Positions 1 through 13,064 of a stretch of 64,000 nt of DNA are shown piece by piece. The number at the start of each line of letters is the position of its first letter. The stretch's first letter is position 1. The position numbers and the translations under genes were made by a program. Under the pieces are notes generated by a model that made no database searches, was not told the origin of the DNA, and worked only from the letters and a program-made list of their open reading frames with translations. The DNA lies in NCBI GenBank assembly GCA_964016885.1, contig OZ024741.1, forward strand, positions 35,588,001 to 35,652,000. Reading direction: 5' to 3'. This stretch comes from Eledone cirrhosa. Lineage: Eukaryota.

Positions 1-173
1 TATTGGTCAGGTCAAGGTTCGACCTGTGTCGATCTGGCCTGACTCTGGAATCAAAAGCTCGTTGGACCTCTGTTGTAGTAATGTCATTACTACATTGTCA
101 TTGCTAATAAATAGCGAAATGCACGTCACCAACCAACAAATGTAATGAAGGCTTAACCAATCGTCCTTGTATT
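1..173. mobile_element. Decayed copies of the HHR-A element in inverted arrangement
   Basis: 1-70 aligns with 12997-13065 with the core mutated; 111-173 (gcgaaatgcacgtcaccaaccaacaaatgtaatg...tcgtccttgt) matches the opposite strand of the HHR-A 3' half. Confidence 0.75.
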
Positions 174-398
174 GAGCTCAAATCCTGCCGAGGTTAACTT
201 TGCCTTTCATCCTTACAGGGTCGATAAAATAGAGTACCAGTAATCCACTGGGATAATTGCTGGCCTTGTGCCAAAAATAGAAACAATTATTATATTACAC
301 TCTGTCTAGCTCTACACTTCCATACTTACGTGAACCTAAACATTGAGTGCTCACCTGGTTGAAGCTACAGTAACTTCATGTTACACACCCTGGAATTT

Positions 399-434
<36 letters not shown>

Positions 435-725
435 GTTTAACGTCTATCTTCCATGCTAGCATGGGTTAGATGGGAGTTGTCTCACTTGAAGCAAGATTGG
501 TCAGGTGACCGTGTCTCGCTCGTATAGGACTGTCTGGCAGGTTTTCTACGGCTGGATGCCCTTCCTAACACCAACCACTTTTACAGTGTGGACTGAGGTT
601 TTTACCATGTTACCTACACGACCACATTACAGCGTGGACTGTGTGTTTTTTTGTTTTTTTTGTCATGATACCTACACGACCTCATTAGTTTGGACTGGAT
701 GTTGTGGTACCAATATAACTTACAG
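399..725 (-). mobile_element. Short copy of the RTE long 3' UTR (SINE-like) with (ATG)n tail
   Basis: Near match to 33037-33325; related copies at about 4760-4965(+), 5880-6140(+), 6220-6475(+), 9040-9315(+), 16340-16640(-), 30870-31210(+), 45772-46080(-). Confidence 0.85.
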
Positions 726-1166
726 CATCCAAAACTCACTGAAGCCACCCATTACCTTAGTAAAATATAACACGTTTCTCATTATTTTACAAAGTCCCTC
801 TAAATTCTTGATTATTTAAAGAAATATAAAGTAGAAATATAGGCTTGAGTATTGAAGTATGTCAATACTCATCCTTTTTCCATTGAGAAGGTTTAAAAAA
901 TTCCCACTTATCAAACTAACTTCATTAGTCAAATATGGGGTCAGCTTATATTTCTACTTTATTTTCAAACTTCGCTCGCTGTTTCATAAACCAAGCTTGC
1001 TTTGTCTCTTTAAAAAAAAAATATATTTGAAAATCATAGACAGTCTTTCATAAGGAATATGGTAAGGAAAGTGTGAAGAGGATTAGCTACTTTGTCATGT
1101 GATACGTAGTTTTGTATTGACTATCATACATCGTTATAAAACTTATCTCTGTCTTGAAATAATTTA

Positions 1167-1380
1167 ACACTGACCACATGGCAAGAGTGGACACTCTGTT
1201 GTACACTGACCACATGGTAAGAGTGGACACTCTGTTGTACACTGACCACATGGCAAGTGGACACTCTGTTGTACATTGACCACATGGCAAGAGTGGACAC
1301 TGTTCCACACTGACCACATGCCAAGAGTGGACACTCTGTTCCACACTGACCACATGCCAAGAGTGGACACTCTGTTCTAC
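1167..1380. repeat. ~36-bp minisatellite, ~6 copies
   Basis: acactgaccacatggcaagagtggacactctgttgt repeated. Confidence 0.95.
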
Positions 1381-1467
1381 ATGTTGAAAAACCTTGACCA
1401 TGAGACAGTGTGTCCTCCCTTGGCAGGGGTCAAACTGCTGCTGTTTAAAAACAATTACAATTGCTAA

Positions 1468-1760
1468 TAGAAACAATGGCTCACAACAGAAACAATGGCT
1501 CACAACAGAAACAATGGCTCACAACAGAAACAATGGCTCACAACAGAAACAATGGCTCACAACAGAAACAATGGCTCACAACAGAAACATTGGCTCACAA
1601 CAGAAATAATAGCTCACAACAGAAATAATAGCTCACAACAGAAATAATAGCTCACAACAGAAACAATAGCTCACAACAGAAACAATGGCTCACAACAGAA
1701 ACAATGGCTCTCAACAACAATACTAAAAACAAACAATAGCTCATAACAATACTAAAAACT
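1468..1760. repeat. 19-bp minisatellite
   Basis: cacaacagaaacaatggct repeated about 13 times, then decaying. Confidence 0.95.
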
Positions 1761-2193
1761 GTAAGCTGACTGTTTTTATGATACAAAATTGTTTACTTTG
1801 AAATGCTTACATTTATCTAAAAATGTTACAGGCAACTGACCAACACTGTAGGAACTAGAAAGTGGATGTAGTTGAAACTCAGCAACCATGGCACATGTGT
1901 GCCTCACATGTGTAGGCTAAGACACCTGTGTGCCTCATACATGTGGAGGCTAAAGTTCAGATATCACACAATCTGATTCTAATCTCCAACTAATAACATC
2001 TACTTAAAAGACATCAATGCTGATACTGTGTGTGAGTGTATGTGCTTGTTTCGAAATTTGAAAATGGCTAACTTCTTAGGAAGAACAAACTGATCTCACA
2101 TTTAAAATGTTCTGTGAGACAGTGTGTCCTCCCTCAGGGGTGAATCTCCAACAGCCACTCCGTCAAGAATCACAGATTTATGCTGGCGCACGC

Positions 2194-2709
2194 ACATACA
2201 TACATACATACATACATACATACATACATACATACATACATACATACATACATACATACATACATACATACATACATACATACATACATACATACATACA
2301 TACATACATACATACATACATACATACATACATACATACATACATACATACATACATACATACATACATACATACATACATACATACATACATACATACA
2401 TACATACATACATACATACATACATACATACATACATACATACATACATACATACATACATACATACATACATACATACATACATACATACATACATACA
2501 TACATACATACATACATACATACATACATACATACATACATACATACATACATACATACATACATACATACATACATACATACATACATACATACATACA
2601 TACATACATACATACATACATACATACATACATACATACATACATACATACATACATACATACATACATACATACATACATACATACATACATACATACA
2701 TACATACAT
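2194..2709. repeat. Perfect (ACAT)n microsatellite, ~515 bp
   Basis: Seen directly. Confidence 0.99.
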
Positions 2710-2726
2710 TTTAGTTCTTTCTTCAG

Positions 2727-2828
2727 ATTGACACCAGGTGTTCAAGAATTACTGTTTTGGAGGAAGTTCTGAATGTTGATTTAGTTCTTGTAGATAAATC
2801 AAAGATTTTGATGGAAAATTACAAACCT
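2727..2828 (+). CDS. Candidate internal coding exon of an unidentified plus-strand gene
   Basis: ttagttctttcttcag acceptor and GTAAGT donor; 102 nt; only phase 0 is open: IDTRCSRITVLEEVLNVDLVLVDKSKILMENYKP; protein not recognised. Confidence 0.5.
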
Positions 2829-3469
2829 GTAAGTAGAGCCTGGAATATAACACAAGAAGTATTCTAAAGCCATTTCTCCTGCTAAAGTAACAGTTAAGCT
2901 TTTCATTCACCATAACAAGTTTAACCTTTGCATTCTGTACTTCTAATGAAGTACACTGCCTATGCCTTATAATTAATTTTAAAAATATCTAAGCATATTG
3001 AGAAATTTAATAAAATAAGTAGAATTTTCAAGAGTAAGCTGATATTTAAAACTTCTAAAATGAAATTATAATGGAAGGTTTTAATTTAAGAATAAACAAA
3101 GGTGGTGAATTGGCAAAATTAGTACTGTTGGATAAAATGACAATACAGCATTTATTCTAGCTCATTAGATTCTGGGTTCAAATCCCGCCAAGGTCAACTT
3201 TGCCTTTCCTCTTGAAAGAGATGATAAAGTACCAGTCAAGTACTGGGGTCTAAATTATAAGGATAAATATTTTCAATAAGCATGTTTGTATCATAAATCC
3301 AGAACAGTTTCAGGTGGTTTGGTATCGAGATTATATTCAACAATGGGTTTTTTTTATTTGAGCCAATGATCTTCAGCTAGGTGCCCTTCCTTACACTGAC
3401 CCTTTAAGTCACCACTTAGAATGAGGGAGTCGAAAAGACAATCTTAGCTTGCAAATATATGAGGTATCA

Positions 3470-4004
3470 AATGTTGAGTGAGGGAGAGGAGATTGTGTTG
3501 GTATGGACATGTGATGCATATAAAGGATAACAACTGTATAAAGTGCAGAACGATCAAAATTGATGGAAGCTACAGAGCTGGTAGACTGAGAAAAACCTAG
3601 GATGAGGTGATAAAAAACTGACCTTGCTCACTTAAACCTCTGTAAGACAATGTCACTGGATCAATTATGCAGTTATACAAAAGACTTTGCAGTTATACAG
3701 AAGACACACCTTCCCTTACATACGAACTTAAACCTAGTGAGTAGGCACCTCTTAACCTAATATACACCCCACCTCACACTTCCATCCACTGTAAAGTGGT
3801 TGTGTAGGTGACATGACAAAAAGCACCCAGTCCACACTGTAAATGTGGTTGGTGTTAGGAAGGGCATCCACCCGTAGAAAACCTGCCAGAAACAGTTCTG
3901 TACTAGCGAGTCACAACCACTTGACCAATTTTGCCTCAAATGGGACAAATCTGTCCAACTCATGGTAGCGTGGAAGATGGACATTAAACGATGATGATGA
4001 TGAT
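3470..4004 (+). mobile_element. RTE LINE 3' fragment with long 3' UTR
   Basis: Decayed ERRLCWYGHVM coding sequence, then ggaagggcatcc element and (GAT)n tail. Confidence 0.8.
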
Positions 4005-4464
4005 ATCAGTGTTGTAGTTTGCTTGAAGTTCTGTTGAATAGGAAATATAAATTTAAATAATTTTGAAAACCATACAATCCATTAGAAAATTATGGTTTGC
4101 AAAAGTATTTGAATTTTTATAATATATATATCATCATCACCGTTTAACGTCTGTCTTCCATGCTAGCATGAAGGAAGTGTGGTAAGGAACCAGGTGGACC
4201 ATAACGCAGATCTAGCTGTCGAAACAGCCGGAGCTCAGTCGTACTCAATTTAAACTAAGGTTACCCAAGAGATACAGTGGGCTGACAGGCAGGTAATCAG
4301 AGATGAACTTCATATGTTGCAGATGCACAGGATTAGTTACCAATACAAGAGGTTCATCAAGCTGGAACTTATCTCAGTTTCACTGGTGTAAAGTGACTGT
4401 GGTGTAACAAGTGATGAGATTTACCCTGAAGAATACGATGCAAGTATAGAAAAACACAAGTAAA

Positions 4465-4504
<40 letters not shown>

Positions 4505-4712
4505 ATTTATTTTTTTTTTTTATACATGTATATATGTCCATATAATTCTGTGTATAAAATGTTTTGGATGTTTTCTCTGTTATTCATTACTTTGGTAAAT
4601 AAATGATATATTACTATTGTTGTTGTTTTTGTTTTTGATGTTATCAGTTATTGTACTGGTAATGCTTATAGCAGACCCTCTATAATTAAAATAAGATGGT
4701 AATAACATTAAT

Positions 4713-4755
<43 letters not shown>

Positions 4756-5384
4756 GTCATGTCATGTAGGTGTCAAGACAAAAAGCGCCCAGTCCACACT
4801 GTAAATGAGGCTGGCATTAGGAAAGACATCGAGCTGTAGAAACTAAGCCCAAATCAGTTCTGTATGAGCAAACACGGTCCTCCGAACTGGCTTGTCTTGG
4901 AATGGTACAGCTCATCTAACCCATGCTAACATGGAAAATGGACATTAAACGATGATGATGATGATATTAATCATTTTAATGTCTGGTTTTAGTAAACATC
5001 AGTACTCAATAGCATAGTAGTGTTGAATATTTCATGAATCCAATAGTCTGTTGCTCTGGGGTTTCCTAGCATATGGAAAGTTCTTCAGACTGGAAAAGAC
5101 TGATTCAGATTTAATTAATATATTTCTGATATACAGTACACTCTGTATGTTAGAGAAGTCACCAGTGAAGCAGTTTATAAAATAAAATGATGTATTATGT
5201 CATCAGTTTAGCAGCAGGTAATATTAACTAGAATATGTAACAATAATGTATTATGTATGTAATTGGAAAAGTATGGTTTGTTATATCAATACATGTAAGT
5301 TGAATTTGCAGGTTGCTGTAAGTCTCAGTTCTGTTGTTGCTCTGGAAAAAAGGAAAAAATATTTCCATATCTCATTTAAAAGCA

Positions 5385-5805
5385 ATGGCGGTGGTAAATA
5401 GCATCACAAGACTTTACAACGTTTTTTTATATGATTTATTAACAAAGCTGGATTAAGCTTGGTTGGCATGCCAAGATAAATGAAACAAACATAATTATGG
5501 TTTCAGAAAACAGTCTACTGGCTGAGTTGAGAAGCCAGGCCGCAGTAATGTTTTGTCGTTACATATTGTTTGTGCTTGCGGAACAAAAGAAGAATAGGTG
5601 TTTACCTTAGCAAGGTCAAGCTGCAAGAGATCGAATTTATATAAAGAAGCGGGAAATACATATCCATATGCGGGCAACGATTGGCTTAACTTAGTCAAAT
5701 CACATACGGACAGCATATCAATGCGCCAAAGGGAAAGTAGCTTGCGACAAGATAAAATTATCTCAAGGCAACATAACTGTGATGCAAATTTAACTACACC
5801 GCCAT
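5385..5805. mobile_element. Putative MITE with ~27-bp imperfect TIRs
   Basis: atggcggtggtaaatagcatcaca versus tgtgatgcaaatttaactacaccgccat; interior is more CpG-rich than the flanks. Confidence 0.55.
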
Positions 5806-7368
5806 ATCTACAACACAGACACACTCACCACACAGACAGATATATAAAAATAAAATGCACCCAATCTGCACAGTAAGCTGGTAGAGCTGGTACCATGACA
5901 AAAAGTTCCCAATACATGTCAAAAGGTTGTTGGTGTTAGGAAGGACATGAAATCATCAAAACCAAACCCCAAATGAGACATACAAGCAAGATATAGTTAC
6001 CTGACCTGTCTAGCCTCAGTACCTGACAGCTTATCTAACCCATGCAAGCATGGAAAATAAATGATGTCTGGTCAGGTCTCAGTGTGACAGCCTTTCTGAC
6101 CCAGGCAGGCATGAAAAATAGATGTTTAATGATGATGATACACTTCTACCCCCTGCCACACCTCTAATACACCTTTTATGTCCCCCTCCCCATGCTTGCT
6201 TTCCCTCAGTGCTATTTCCATGACAAAAAAGTACCTAGTATACTGGTGCCATGATGAAAAGCAGCAAATCTACCTTGTAAAATGATAGTAATGGTACCAA
6301 AAAACGCTCTCAGTACATGCTGTAATGTGGTTGATGCAAGGAAGGGCATCCTGCACCTCCCCCCCTAAAAAAAACAAATAAAGAGCCTATGAGAAAGGTA
6401 TTGTCACCTGGTATTGTGACAGCCAATCACATCCATGCAAGCATGGAAATTAGACATTAAATCATGAGGATGATGCCACATACATACTATACAAAGAGAA
6501 CAGTAGTTTTCTGTTACTATAAAGATGAGTGTGGGTAGCAGTAAAAGCTAGAGATACTTGCTATATTTGAAGTGGAGGTAGGAACTTTAATGCAATTCAA
6601 GTCACTTGCTGGTCTTCATTTTTAAAAAACAATTTGCACTATATATATACAATTTATATTATAAGTATGATTTACAAAAGAAACGAATCAAAATTACACA
6701 TTGCTGGTTACGTGCTTGTAAGGGTGCTTGGCTTAATGAATGGTTTAAATGAAATTTATGACAAAACCAGAACCCTGCTTAATTCAACATTTCATGTATA
6801 TTGCTGTATCATTAAAAATAAAAATTCGAAGCAAGTTAATGTGAAGCATAGCTACAATTTGGCTAATTTCAACCCCATCCTCAAATTTATTTCCTCACAA
6901 AATTCTTAATATTGATTTCTAATTTAGATACAAGCAATCTGCATAGAGTGTAAAGTCATTTATACCAACTACAGTATTTGACTAGTACCTTATATTTCGA
7001 CCAGTATATGGATGAAAGGCAAAGTTGACCTCAATGAGGTCGATAAATAAAGCACCAGTAATGCACTGGGATTGATTTTAATCAACTTTCCCTTCCCTTA
7101 AAATTACTGGCCTTGTGCCTATAATATAAACCATTATTATTATATTGTATTTCATGGGTAAATTGCAATAAATTGTATTATGAATATTAAAACAGGTTAA
7201 CAAAATTGTTCTACTGTTAGCCTACAAACTACTTTTTTATGGCCATGTGTTTGAGACCCCTGATGTAGATTATGTTCAGGACCAGCTGAGCTCAATTGTA
7301 TGTTATATATTGCAATGTCTTGTGAGCACTTGACTAACCGAGATTAGATTACTCTAAAGTAGGGCTCC

Positions 7369-7772
7369 CTTAACCCTTTAGCATTTAAACTGGCTATATC
7401 TGGCCAGAATTCTCTATTCAAACCGGCCATAATCGGCTGCTAATGTTAAGGTATTGTTCTCAAAATAAATAACATCAAAATCTCATAGATTCAATATTAA
7501 AGAGTTTCTACTTTTGGCACAAGGCCAGTGATTACCCCAGTGCATCACTGGTACTTTATTTTGTCGACCTCGTAAGGATGAAAGGCAAAGTTAACCTTGA
7601 CGGATTTGAACTCAGAACACAAAGAGCCATAACTATGCTGCAAAGCATGGCGGCTGATGCTCTCCCAATACTACCAAACCACTTCAATATTATGTGAGAT
7701 TATGTGAGGTAAAGCCTTTTACTACAAAAATACAATAGTAAATATAGAGTAATGTAAATGCTAATGGGTTAA
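7369..7772. mobile_element. TTAA-flanked piggyBac-like MITE with nested SINE
   Basis: ttaaCCCTTTAGCATTTA ... TAAATGCTAATGGGttaa; second copy at 8378-8794. Confidence 0.75.
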
Positions 7773-8931
7773 GTGTAGGATCAAATTAGCTTATGTTCAG
7801 TCATGATAATGCTGACAACTGTTTTTTTTTTATTTTTTTTTTTTTTTTTTTTTTAAATCAAACTCTTCTTTTAATACTTCCACTATGGTAAATAATTCCA
7901 TTCATTAATGCTTTCATTTACTGAAAACTTTAAATTTGTATTTGTAGAAGGCTAAATGTAAAATCAGAAATTTTTTCCTGCTTTCCAATTTCATGTTGTA
8001 TAGGATGATATCATAGATTTTTCTATAGGAATGTAATGACATTTCTACAAATATAAATTGTAAAAAAACTTTTTTTTTTAAATTTCAGTTTCATCAACAT
8101 AACCTATCTCGGCAAAAACTTGTTTAAACTTTATATAAAATGTTTCTATGCTGCCAACATCGTATCTCTCTAAAAATTCTATTTAAAAATAAACTTCATT
8201 AAGAAGCCTTGTACATCTTTGAAAATGTATATCTGCAGAAAAAAAAAAAAAAAAAAAAAAAAATAATATATATATAAAGTTAAAGAGGAAACAAAGTAAG
8301 GACATTACACTGTAGTTTTGCCAAGCATGAAACAACAGATATAAGGTGTAGCAGCAAATGAGAATGTGAGGGTAGGATTAACCCTTTAGCATTTAAACCA
8401 GCCATATCCAGCCAGAAGTCTCTCACCTCTTTCTGTTCAAACTGGCTATAACTGGCTACTCATACTGATGTTAAGGTATTGTTCTCAAAATAATTAATGG
8501 TTTCTTCTATAGGCACACAGCCAGCAATTTACAGGAAGAGGAAAGTTGATTAAAATGACCCCAGAGCATGACTGGTACTTTATTTTATTGACCCCCGTAA
8601 GGATGAGAGGCAAAGCTAACCTTAGCAGGATTTGAACTCAATGTAAAAGGCCGTCATTCTATACTGCGAAGAAGAGTCTCGAATGCTCTACTGATTTTGC
8701 CATCAAAATCTCAGATTTAATATTATTTGAGATGAAGCCTTTGCTGCAAAAATACAATAGTATTTATAGAGTAATGTAAATGGTAAAGGGTTAACTAGTA
8801 TGTGACCAGAAAAGCAGATGACACCAATATTGTTAGTATGTGTATGAAGATTTTTTTTCAAATAACTATTGAATAAAACAATAATATTGAACAAGAAAAG
8901 TAGCAAAGAATAACATGTAAACAATTTTTCC

Positions 8932-8962
<31 letters not shown>

Positions 8963-9569
8963 CTTCTGTTGAGAGGACCCTTCAGCCACATCAAGGCGTG
9001 ACAACCTCCCTAGTATTTGGTGATCTATATAATAAACATACCCAGTACATATTGTAAAGGGGTTGGTGATCGGAAGGGCATCTAGCTGTAGAAAACTTGC
9101 CAAACAAAGGGTTGCACCTCAGTTGTGTAAAAGACATGACAACCTCCCTTGTGCACTTGATAGAACGTGAGACAGTACATAAGCAAGATGATAGATCCCT
9201 AGCCTGTCTGGGAGATCAGTAACCACCACTTCAGTACTGACTTAATCTATGTAGACCCATCATTCCCTTGCTAGCAGGGAAAGCAGACATTAAGACGATG
9301 ATGATAATGATGACTTTTCATTAAAAAATAATTGTTTCTACTTTTGGCACAAGGCCAGTAATTATTCCATTGTATTACTGGTACTTTATTTTATCGACCC
9401 CCGTAAGGATGAAAGGCAAAGTTAACCTCAGCGGGATTTGAACTCAGACCATAAAGGGCCGTAACTCTATGCTGCAAGGCATGGTGTCAGACCCTCTATC
9501 GATACTGCCAATCCACCATAGATAGATATTTATAACTGTATAGAAACAGTAAAGGATTTAACTGAAGCT

Positions 9570-10772
9570 GTGAGAAGGGTGTATGTAAGCAGTAAGAGCA
9601 CATATGATACAGGTGCTATCAAATGCTCAGATAGATTCCTTGAAGTCGTTGGCAGCTTCTGTTACCTGGGTGACTTAATTAGCAGGGGAGGGGTGTTCTG
9701 AAAGTACGGTAGCCAGAGTAAGAACCAGGTGGAAAAAGTTCATGAAGCTACTACCTCTGTTGGCTTCAAAGGATTCTCTTTCAGAGTGAAAGGCAGATTA
9801 TTTGAGACCTATGTGTGAACTGTGATGCTGCATGGAAGTAAGACTTGGACCTTGAGTGGAAAGAAATGAGGTAAGCATGTTCTGATGATACATGCATACA
9901 TTAATGTATTTAGAGAAAAACTGGGCATAAGAGGTATCAAAGACAAAGTGCAAGAGAGGAAGCTGTGTTGGTATGGACATTTGATGTGTATGGAGGATGA
10001 TAGTTCATAAAGAAGTGCAGGACACTCAAAGCGGAGGGAACAAGTAGAAGATGACCTAGGAAAACATGGGATGATATAATGATGGCTGATCTCATGAAGT
10101 TGGACCTCAAGCAGAATATGACACAAGACACCTGCCTTCCAGTACCATCAGGATGAGACATACGGGGTGTGGGTCATACAGTAGACAGCTATAAGGCTTT
10201 CCCACTTCCTATTGATACACCCACCATCTTTGTTATCTGAATACAATGTTTCCCACATTAAAAAGGTGTATTTTGTCCCTGTATGTACCCACCAATCTTA
10301 CAGATTTACTTCCTCCCTTTTCTTCAACTTCCTTCCTTATCCCACTCAATACACCAAGCTGCCAGTCACCCTCCATGACATGGCTCCTCCCTCCACTCTC
10401 TGGTTCTCCTTCCTGCCTGGAGGGAAGCAACATGTGACTGCCACCTCCACCATCACACTTTCTTCCTGTCCTGTTGAGGATATAACAATTGCTCTGTTAA
10501 AGCTTCACTGGAATGCATCCTGTGCATTTTGCAAGTGATGCCATGATAAAATGCACCCGACCTACTCTGTAAAGTGGTAATACAAGTGTCACAATAAAAT
10601 GCACACAGTACATACTGTAAAGAGGTTGGTGTTAAGGACATCAAGAAACCATGTCAAAATGAAGCATGAGCCTGACAGGATTGTCTGACATGTCTAGTCT
10701 CAGAATATGGCAACCCATCCAGCTTATATCAGCATGGAAAATGGATGTAAAATGGTGATGATGATGTTGATG
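9570..10772 (+). mobile_element. Old RTE LINE 3' fragment with 3' UTR and tail
   Basis: Decayed FCYLGD, WKKF, WYGH motifs at 9650-10130; tail element at 10540-10772. Confidence 0.75.
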
Positions 10773-11459
10773 GTATATATATGGACATATTATTCTTACT
10801 CATCTCTTAGATTAAGATGATAAAAAAACAAATAATGGATATAAGGATATATGTGGAATGTTCAATCACTTGTACATTAATTTCATGAGCAGGCTGTTTG
10901 TTGAAACTGACAGACCTCTCTATAGCAAGCTTGGATGTTGATAACAGCAAGATACCTTAACTTACGCAAATAATCCTCACATAATTGTCTAATAATGAAG
11001 TGATTTATTGATACAACTAAAATCTGGCTAACTACAACATTATCGTCATTAGAACCAATATACATAATTAAGATGGAAACAAATGATCACTCGATAAGTG
11101 ATTATTTCACTTGAATATTTAAGCAGTTTTAACCCATTTTATGTCAAACCACCTCAAATCAACCCTGGTTATATAATGCATGCATGGTTTTGTAACTCCT
11201 GATGGAGTTGTAGGGACACCATATTGACATACAGTGTCTCTAGGGCATTTTAAAACCTGGTGGAGCCTATCTCTCCAGGTGTGAATACAGCAAATTTCTT
11301 CTGAAGAAGGATAGAGTGTGAGAAAGAGCTATAGAGGAAAAATCAACCCCAGTATTAGACTCCTACTTTTTTTTATCAACATTGAAAGGATGAAAAGCAA
11401 AGTTGACCTCGGCAGAGTCCTCAGACACACCTTCACATGGGTCCTATCAGAAATAACCA

Positions 11460-12410
11460 TCTCTAATTAATCTGGCTAGATCTCTAAGCGAGACCAACTG
11501 AGTTCATGGATGTTATCCAGCCAACTTGCTCATGGTCTACTTTTAGGTCTCTTGCCACACAGCTTTACTCATAAAATCTATCCAGCAATTCTTTCCTTAA
11601 ACATTTTAATATCATGTTCATAATATCAGAGCTGTGATCTCTCAATTCAGAGAAGTAGTGGCTCTTCTTGGAGCAACACCCTGATCTCCAAGCTACACAT
11701 GCTATTGAGTAACATTACTGGAAAGATTTTTCTGAGAGATTCCATTTCAGCCATTTGTATTTGCAATCATATTCTTTCTGTCATTACCCAAGATTCATGA
11801 CCATAGGTAAACATCAAATTGAAGATAGTGAGTTTGGCTCCCCTATTCTGATGATCAACTGCTGAAGCTAGTACATTACTGAACTAGCTCCAGCAATTCT
11901 TGCATTTAATTCAGCATCCTGCCTTCCATCACTTGTGAAAACAAACTGCACAGGTTTCCTTGAGAGGATAAGTGTCTCAGTTTTCACAGCATTGATTCTC
12001 ATTCCTGCTATACAACATTCAGCAGCAAACCTATCAAGTGTAAGTTAGAGATCACCTGACAAGTTAAGTAATATCATGTCGTCTACCAGTACCAGCCAAC
12101 TGATCCTACACCCACTGGTCTTTATACCACTTCCAACCTGACTGTGCATGTCAATCCTGTTCATGAAGATTATGAACAGGAGAGGTGGCAGTATGCCCCT
12201 TGGTAGAGTCCAATACCCACATTGAATGGTTTCGACTTAGCACCATTTATCCACACACAAATACTCAGGCATTCATATAGCGACTTCAAGACAACAAGAA
12301 ATTGTCCGTCAATTCCATACTTCTGCAGAACTTTCCACATAAAGACCTGTGGAATGCAGTTATATGCCTTTTTGAGGTCTACAAAACAATCATACAATTT
12401 CTTGATGACC
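11460..12410 (-). mobile_element. Decayed RT fragment of a second RTE/Expander-like LINE family
   Basis: CFVDLKKAY, GL.QG..LSPLLFI, DGRQDAELNARI and YGHESWVMT-like motifs with frameshifts. Confidence 0.8.
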
Positions 12411-12539
12411 TGTGAATATTTAGTTGGCTGTGGTGCATCCGGGTTGAAAACCAGACTATTCATCAATTAGCTTGGACTTATCCCTACATCTCTCTGCGAG
12501 ACACTTAGTTATAACCAGGCTTTATTGAGGAGACTTAAC

Positions 12540-12750
12540 AAAGAAATTCCTGAAAGAGGGTTCAGAAGTGAGCAAATTTTAACAATTGGCAACTGGAATG
12601 TTAAAAACCCTTACAGGTAAGGAGCAGGAACTAGTAGAGGTCAGATGTTATCAGCTAGATATAGTCAGGGATCCTCAATAAAGTTCCATAGTTCTGATGC
12701 TGTAGATTTAAATGGAAGATGAAAACTCCGCTATTCAGGTATGGTTCCAG
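12540..12750 (+). mobile_element. APE-endonuclease N-terminal fragment of an RTE-like LINE
   Basis: attggcaactggaatgttaaa..cttacaggtaaggagcaggaactagtagag reads IGNWNVK..LTGKEQELVE, then YQLDIV. Confidence 0.7.
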
Positions 12751-12766
12751 AAATGATTGCTCAGGC

Positions 12767-12890
12767 AGTCTTGTTACTCTAGAGTTTCGTCTGTTTATCA
12801 CTGTTGTCAGACAAAAACTCACTTCGGATGACCCTGTGATAAACAGGCAAAACTCCCAAGTAACAAGACTCACTATTTAGCCTTAATAAA
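12767..12890. mobile_element. Inverted pair of decayed hammerhead-bearing repeats (PLE pseudo-LTR-like)
   Basis: Minus copy 12767-12817: TTGT CTGACAA..CAGAC GAAAC TCTAGA GTA ACAAGACT. Plus copy 12821-12870: CGGATGA CCCTGT GATAA ACAGGC AAAAC TCCCAA GTA ACAAGACT, then AATAAA and (TA)n. Confidence 0.65.
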
Positions 12891-12934
<44 letters not shown>

Positions 12935-12977
12935 AAATAAAACAAGGACGAGTGGTTACTCCATTACGTTTATTGGT

Positions 12978-13064
12978 AGGTGACGCGCGTTTCGCCATTG
13001 ATCAGCTCAAGGTTCGATCTGTATCGATCTAGCCTGACTCTGTAATCAATGGCTCATCAGACCC
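12978..13064 (-). ncRNA. Minimal type I hammerhead ribozyme (HHR-A)
   Basis: Minus strand reads GGGT-CTGATGA-GCCATTGAT...ATCAATGGC-GAAA-CGCGCG-TC/ACCT: intact core, 9-bp stem II base, palindromic stem III, GUC triplet; AATAAA a few nt downstream (12969-12974). Confidence 0.85.

Noticed and set aside
2102-2772. MYVC/HTYI-repeat ORFs
   Set aside because: Translations of (ACAT)n
4420-4465. CTGAAGA...GAAA hammerhead-like spacing
   Set aside because: No stem I or III and no proper cleavage triplet; likely chance within a decayed repeat
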